In this document: positions 58,914-64,000 of the stretch, one piece after another
How the letters are laid out: each line of letters opens with the position of its first letter
Numbering within the stretch: the first letter of the stretch is position 1
Source of the DNA: Heteronotia binoei
Lineage: Eukaryota
Direction: 5' to 3'
Assembly: GCF_032191835.1 (NCBI RefSeq)
Contig: NC_083230.1
Coordinates: 79,360,001-79,424,000 of the forward strand
Length of the DNA stretch: 64,000 nt
Position numbers and translations under genes: made by a program
The notes under the pieces: generated by a model
Told to the model about the DNA's origin: nothing
Databases searched by the model: none
The model's input: the letters and a program-made list of their open reading frames with translations, nothing else

Positions 58914-59329
58914 GTAAGTGTAAGAACTTTGGAAACAATGCAGCTCAAACTAAGTTCAACTGTTTTTTTTAATTTATTAAATTTTTAACAAACCAAAAAT
59001 CAAAACAAAGCACTGTAAAACACTAATAAAGAGTTACAAAGTCTCTCTGATCATAAATATTGATATAACAAATACCACACTCTATAGACTTGCTAAAGTG
59101 CAAATCGGCTTTCTTTAATATCTACCATAAGTTTAAAACTGAAATTATATCTGGAATTTCCTTTTGGTCTTGTAAATATTTTAAAATAGGGAGTTCAGCT
59201 CTGTTTTTGTGGAAGAGGTCCTTTGCAGAATGCTCAGGGTTACCTTTTTTCCTAGCATAGGTTACAGGTCTACCTTTCACTATATGGATATTCTCCAACT
59301 CTTTGGTACTCCTCAAACTGTATTTTCTT

Positions 59330-59700
59330 CACCACTCATTGCAACTTCTCCTGGACAAAAATAATCTGGTCACAGTTAGCCATACTATTGTAACATCTGG
59401 GCTGGATTATTACAATTATATGGGGCTGCCCTTGAAATTTGTTCAGAAATGTCAACTACTTAAAAATGTGGCTCCTGAATTACTAACTGGAGCATGTCTG
59501 ATTGTATCACACCAGGATAAAAGATCCGCACTGGCTTGCAGTATGTTCCCAAGTACAATCCAAGAAATAGATTCTGACCTTTGGAACTCCAAAGAGCCTG
59601 GGGCCTCAGCAGTGGCAGTTCAAGTCACTTTGCTATTTGAGATCACTCAGGAAGCCTGAAGAACTAATGCCTTTTGCCTCTTCATTTCTCCCCAACCTTT
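59330..59700 (+). mobile_element. L2 LINE fragment
   Basis: LVTVSHTIVTSGLDYYNYMGLPLKFVQKCQLLKNVA, a degenerate SRLDYCN region. Confidence 0.65.
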
Positions 59701-61404
59701 TCTAAAAGCAGAATGGCAAGCTATGCATGCCATGGCCGTTGGACTTCTCAGACAAAATAATGGTCAAAATTCATAAAGATCAGCCAAGATTTTGGGAAGC
59801 CCTAAAAGGCATAGATAACTTGCCATGCTGCTGAGAGACTAGGGGGAGGAGATAGGAAGTATTAGTTCTTTCAGCTCCTAGTGCAGAGGCAGCAGCAGGG
59901 TAGATGCCAGGAACAGAGGGGTAGGAGAGAGGTTGCCGTCCCCTAAAATACTGCCTCATGGATGAGCTGACCTGGACCACAGTGCTTGAGGGAGCCACCC
60001 TTGAGTACTTCCTTTGAGACCTGCTTTGGAGGCCAGTTCTGGATCCTCAGCCATCTGAGATCAAGTTGGCAGCAATCAATAAGAGGACTTTTTCAGTTGT
60101 GGTGCCCTGTTTATTTTTTCCCTTCTTGAACAGCAGATCCTAAAAGGCAGTTTTAGACTGTTTGGTTGCAGAATTTCTGGCTATGGAATGAGGGGTGCCA
60201 TAATGGGCCCTTGTCTGGAAATGTTCTGCAGTAGGATTTTAGTAGCTGAGTTGAGTGACTGATGTTTGGGACACTTCATTTGTTATGTTTTTAGCATGTA
60301 CTTATATTGCATGCCCAAACAAAATGGTATGTGTACCAGCACATGTGATACATAGGGTTGCCGAGTTAAGTCAGAAAATACCTGGGGACTTTGGGGGTGA
60401 ATCCAGGAGACTTTCCCATTCTTTGAAATAAATTTTAAAAATACAGAAGTGCAGTTCCCCTGAGTACAGTCTTCATTTCCTCATTCCCCAGCAGCTGGCT
60501 GCACTTCGACTTGTACTCTCTCTCACACACAAACACATACACCCCAGCCAAAATAAAAGTTTGGAAGCACACACTGTGGTCTCACTGGGGCAATTTACTC
60601 AGCATGGGAGTTGTTGAACTCAACCAGGTTCTTCAGACTAATACAGGGAAACCAGAAGTTCTCTCTGTTTTACTGTGCAAAACAACTTCTGAAGGGACTG
60701 TAAAACAAATAGAGAGACTGGGCTGCTTCCTTTCCTTTCTCATAACAGCCACGTTGTTCTGTAGGCTCATCCCACACCCATTCAGCCTGACTTCAGAGAT
60801 GTAAAGGCACACACACCTTTCAAAAAGCAAGCTATTCCCAAACTTCTAAGCCTTATGAGGTGGAAAGGCACATGGTGTCTGTGGGATTGGACTTCCCCCT
60901 CACCAGCCAGCTGCCAGGGAGCAGGAAGGAGCCTGCTAAAGCAGGGGATCCCCCTGTGGGACGTGCGGATTGGCAAGCCTAGTGATACAGGGTATATGCA
61001 CAGTTGTATACACAGGGCAGATACAGGGTAGTTTTTGACTGGTCATAGCTCCTTCTGTTGTACCCAAAGTTCTATGGATTTTCAGTGAAGCAGCCCTTAG
61101 TTAACTGCCTCACTCTCTTGTTAGTTTAGTTTCTGAACAAATTAGAACTTCTTGTGATTTTGCAGTGAAGGGATTTCTGTGGCACTTGGAAGCAGACTAC
61201 ACAGGATGGATATAAGTTTTCCATCTTGAGGAAGAACAGACTATAGCCAGACTTTTAGGAAGCAGATTTCAATACAATGTGCAGCTCTGCAGGGTCACTG
61301 GGGTCGTACCTTTCATGGTTCATATTGCCCAAAATAGTTTAAGGTCACTTCAGATTTCTTTTTTTTTTAAAAATATTCTGTGTTCTATTTTCTTTTTGGG
61401 ACAG

Positions 61405-61579
61405 TGAAAATCTGTTCATGGAAATGGCAGATTACCTGGTGACCAATGGCTGGAAGGATTTGGGCTATGTGTATGTGAACATAGATGACTGCTGGACAGC
61501 AAAGAAGCGGGATGCCAAAGGACGACTGGTTCCAGATCCTGAGAGGTTTCCTCATGGGATCAAAGCCTTAGCAGATTAT
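61405..61579 (+). CDS. NAGA: NAGA coding exon
   Basis: (S)[62 protein letters not shown] boundaries, 175 nt. Confidence 0.96.
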
Positions 61580-62149
61580 GTGAGTGGAGTCTTCTTGTGT
61601 AGAAGCAAGATCTAGGGGGTCTCATCTGATTTTTTTATAGCCTCTATTGAGGCATGAGCTGTGAGAATTAAGCAGTGAAAACACTGGGCTCTTAAAGCAC
61701 AACTCCTTAAAGGATTAAGGGCTGTAATATACTTAATTCAGAGTCTGGGCCAGTGGGTCACTTGTGAAAAATTTCTTCAGTTTCACAAAGTGTTTTCACT
61801 TGCTTTGCTTCCATGACCTCTACTGCTGTTCCAAGTATGCTGGGATTGGAGGCGACAATAACACAGGAAGAAAAGGTAGACATTGTAGGAGGGATTGGGA
61901 GGATGATTGGAGCTAGAGTGAAGTTTTGGGGAATGGGGAAACATCTCTCACAAAGCAGGCTGGGATTATAGAGGGAAAGGAAACCCCCCATGTCCATATG
62001 CTGTCTTTCTGAAGATCAAGGCAAGGATGCTGGAAAAAGTGTAAATCAAACTTCAGTTGTGGTGTTCTATAGTACCCATATAGTAGAAATATGGTTTGTA
62101 TGAGAAAGAGGTTGCTTGTGATGGTGGATGAATTTTGGAATTTTGTATG

Positions 62150-62315
62150 CAGAGCCATCCCTGCCACTAGGCAAACTAGGCAATTGCCTAGGGCTCTGGC
62201 CTTCTGAGGGCACCAAATTCGGTGCCCCCATGTGACTCAGTGATCTTATCAGTACAGAGGGAGGCACCAGAAGTTAGCCTTGCCTAGGGTGCCAGACAGT
62301 CTAGGGCCGGCTCTG
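62150..62315. mobile_element. hAT-type MITE (CAGGGC-TIR-related) with perfect TSD
   Basis: TIR cagagccatccc / gggccggctctg. Identical flanks TTTGTATG at 62142-62149 and 62316-62323. Confidence 0.88.
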
Positions 62316-63030
62316 TTTGTATGATAGGATGGTTTGAAGTGAATGACGTGGGTTTAGACAATCTTTGGGGTTAGTGGTTGTTACAAACAGCATGATGTCT
62401 GGATTTGTCCCACACAAATAACCTTCAGAAGTCATTGCTGATATAGTATGGAAAAGTTTGTACTATCCTGGATTTAACTCAAGGAGATCTTTATGGTCTG
62501 GCTACTAGAAAGGAGAAAAACCCCACATTGAGACTTGGTTCATACACAGCTTTTATCCCTACATATGAGCACATATTTGTGGATGCACACTCACAAAGAG
62601 AAGCATAATGTAACAATGGCAGTAAACCGGTACAATCAACAGGATTGCAAGTTCCCCCCCCCAAAAAAAAATCAACAAAAATGCCAGTGACTGAAAAGTG
62701 CTGCCCCAGTCATTGCTGCCAATTGTATTCATGTGCCCCTGATTCTTAATTGTCCTCCCCACACACACACATAATTCTGGCAGCAGACACTTTGACTGCT
62801 TTTGTGTAAGAGAAAAAGTAATATGTGAACTTGCTGTTGGAGAATATTAGGTGTATGTCTCATAAAGTATAAACCTGTGACATGAACAAAGACACTTTCC
62901 CTTCCAGAAACAGACAAAGGTGCTTGGTATGTAATCTCACAGATGACAAAGCATTGCCCAGTGGGGCTTAGTTATTCTACTTGCTTTGCAAATTTCTCTG
63001 TATCTCAGAAGTCACAATTTATTTTGGCAG

Positions 63031-63208
63031 GTACACTCAAAGGGACTGAAGCTTGGCATTTATGGTGACCTTGGTATCTATACCTGCGGTGGATACCCGG
63101 GCACTAAATTGAATCAAATTGAACTGGATGCTTCGACTTTTGCTGAATGGGGGGTGGACATGCTGAAGCTAGATGGCTGCTATTCATCAGCATGGTACCA
63201 GGCCAAAG
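63031..63208 (+). CDS. NAGA: NAGA coding exon containing the catalytic nucleophile (DMLKLDGC); gene continues beyond the window
   Basis: [59 protein letters not shown]. 178 nt, AG/GT boundaries. Confidence 0.96.
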
Positions 63209-63354
63209 GTAAGAGCCAAAGACTTCCAGTTTATAGGTCTCTATCTCTCACACTTTTCCATCCTGTGCTACTCTCTCGTCTGATCAGGTTGAATTAATAT
63301 CTAATCTATATAAGCTTACAAAACTGTTTTTAAGGTTAAGTTTTTTATAATAAT

Positions 63355-64000
63355 AATATAATAAGTTTTTATTTGTATCCCGCCCTCCCCGCAGGCAGGC
63401 TCAGGGCGGCCCACAACATGCGAATACAGTATGCAACAAAACCATGTGCTATCAATTATAAATTCCTATACAATTTCAATATAAAATCATCCTTAAAATC
63501 ATTAAACTTACATTAAGATTATGGTGCCACAATTAAGATCTTTCATAAAATCCAGTGATTAAAACATAAAACATAGAACATATCCAACAGGACTTTCTTG
63601 GCTCGGTTTATATGAAGGCTATTTTAAAGAGGTGGGTCTTACAGGCCCTGCGGAATTGATCTAAGCATCGCAAGGCCCGTACCTCCTCCGGGAGTTGGTT
63701 CCACAGTAGGGGGGCCACTACAGAGAAGGCCCGATCCCGGGTGGACTTTAATCTGGCCTCCTTTGGCCCAGGGATATTCAGCTGGTTCCTTCCAGCTGAC
63801 CTCAGTGCTCTCTGGGGTTCATGCGGGGAGAGACGGTCCCTCAAGTAGACAGGTCCTCGGCCATATAGAGCTTTAAAGGTAATAACCAGCACCTTGTAAC
63901 GAACTCGGTATGCCACCGGCAGCCAGTGCAGTCCGCGTAGCCCCGGCTGTAAGTGCTCCCCTCTTGGGAGCCCCAACAACAGCCTAGCCGCTGCATTCTG
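63355..64000 (-). mobile_element. Relatively young L2 LINE 3' end
   Basis: ORF 63608-63979(-) LRGLHWLPVAYRVRYKVLVITFKALYG...FRRACKTHLFKIAF with CpGs retained. Confidence 0.92.

Noticed and set aside
58753-63208. Assignment to GLA (alpha-galactosidase A)
   Set aside because: [19 protein letters not shown] and the neighbouring genes fit NAGA. The specificity residues lie outside the window, so this rests partly on synteny.

Overview
Vertebrate genomic DNA from a squamate reptile, probably a gecko (inferred from the repeat families). It carries a four-gene block syntenic with human 22q13.2. NDUFA6 is on + (3 coding exons), SMDT1/EMRE on - (2 coding exons), PHETA2/FAM109B on - (single coding exon) and the 5' half of NAGA on + (3 coding exons; the gene runs off the window). 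The rest is dense in transposons: CR1, L2, L1-like, RTE and Penelope fragments, Sauria, Squam3-like and 5S-derived SINEs, many hAT MITEs with verifiable 8-bp TSDs, a solo-LTR-like segment and an old Gmr1-type Gypsy remnant. The most striking object is a structurally complete but mutationally inactivated ~5.96-kb DIRS1-type tyrosine-recombinase retrotransposon (49521-55484), probably in NAGA intron 1. It has inverted terminal repeats, an internal complementary region, gag, RT-RNaseH-Dam-like methyltransferase and a long overlapping YR ORF. At its gag/pol junction a single CTT-TGA-C heptamer leads into pol by a +1 shift and into the recombinase ORF by readthrough, a candidate three-way recoding switch. 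All coordinates and translations were derived by hand; no database search was run.
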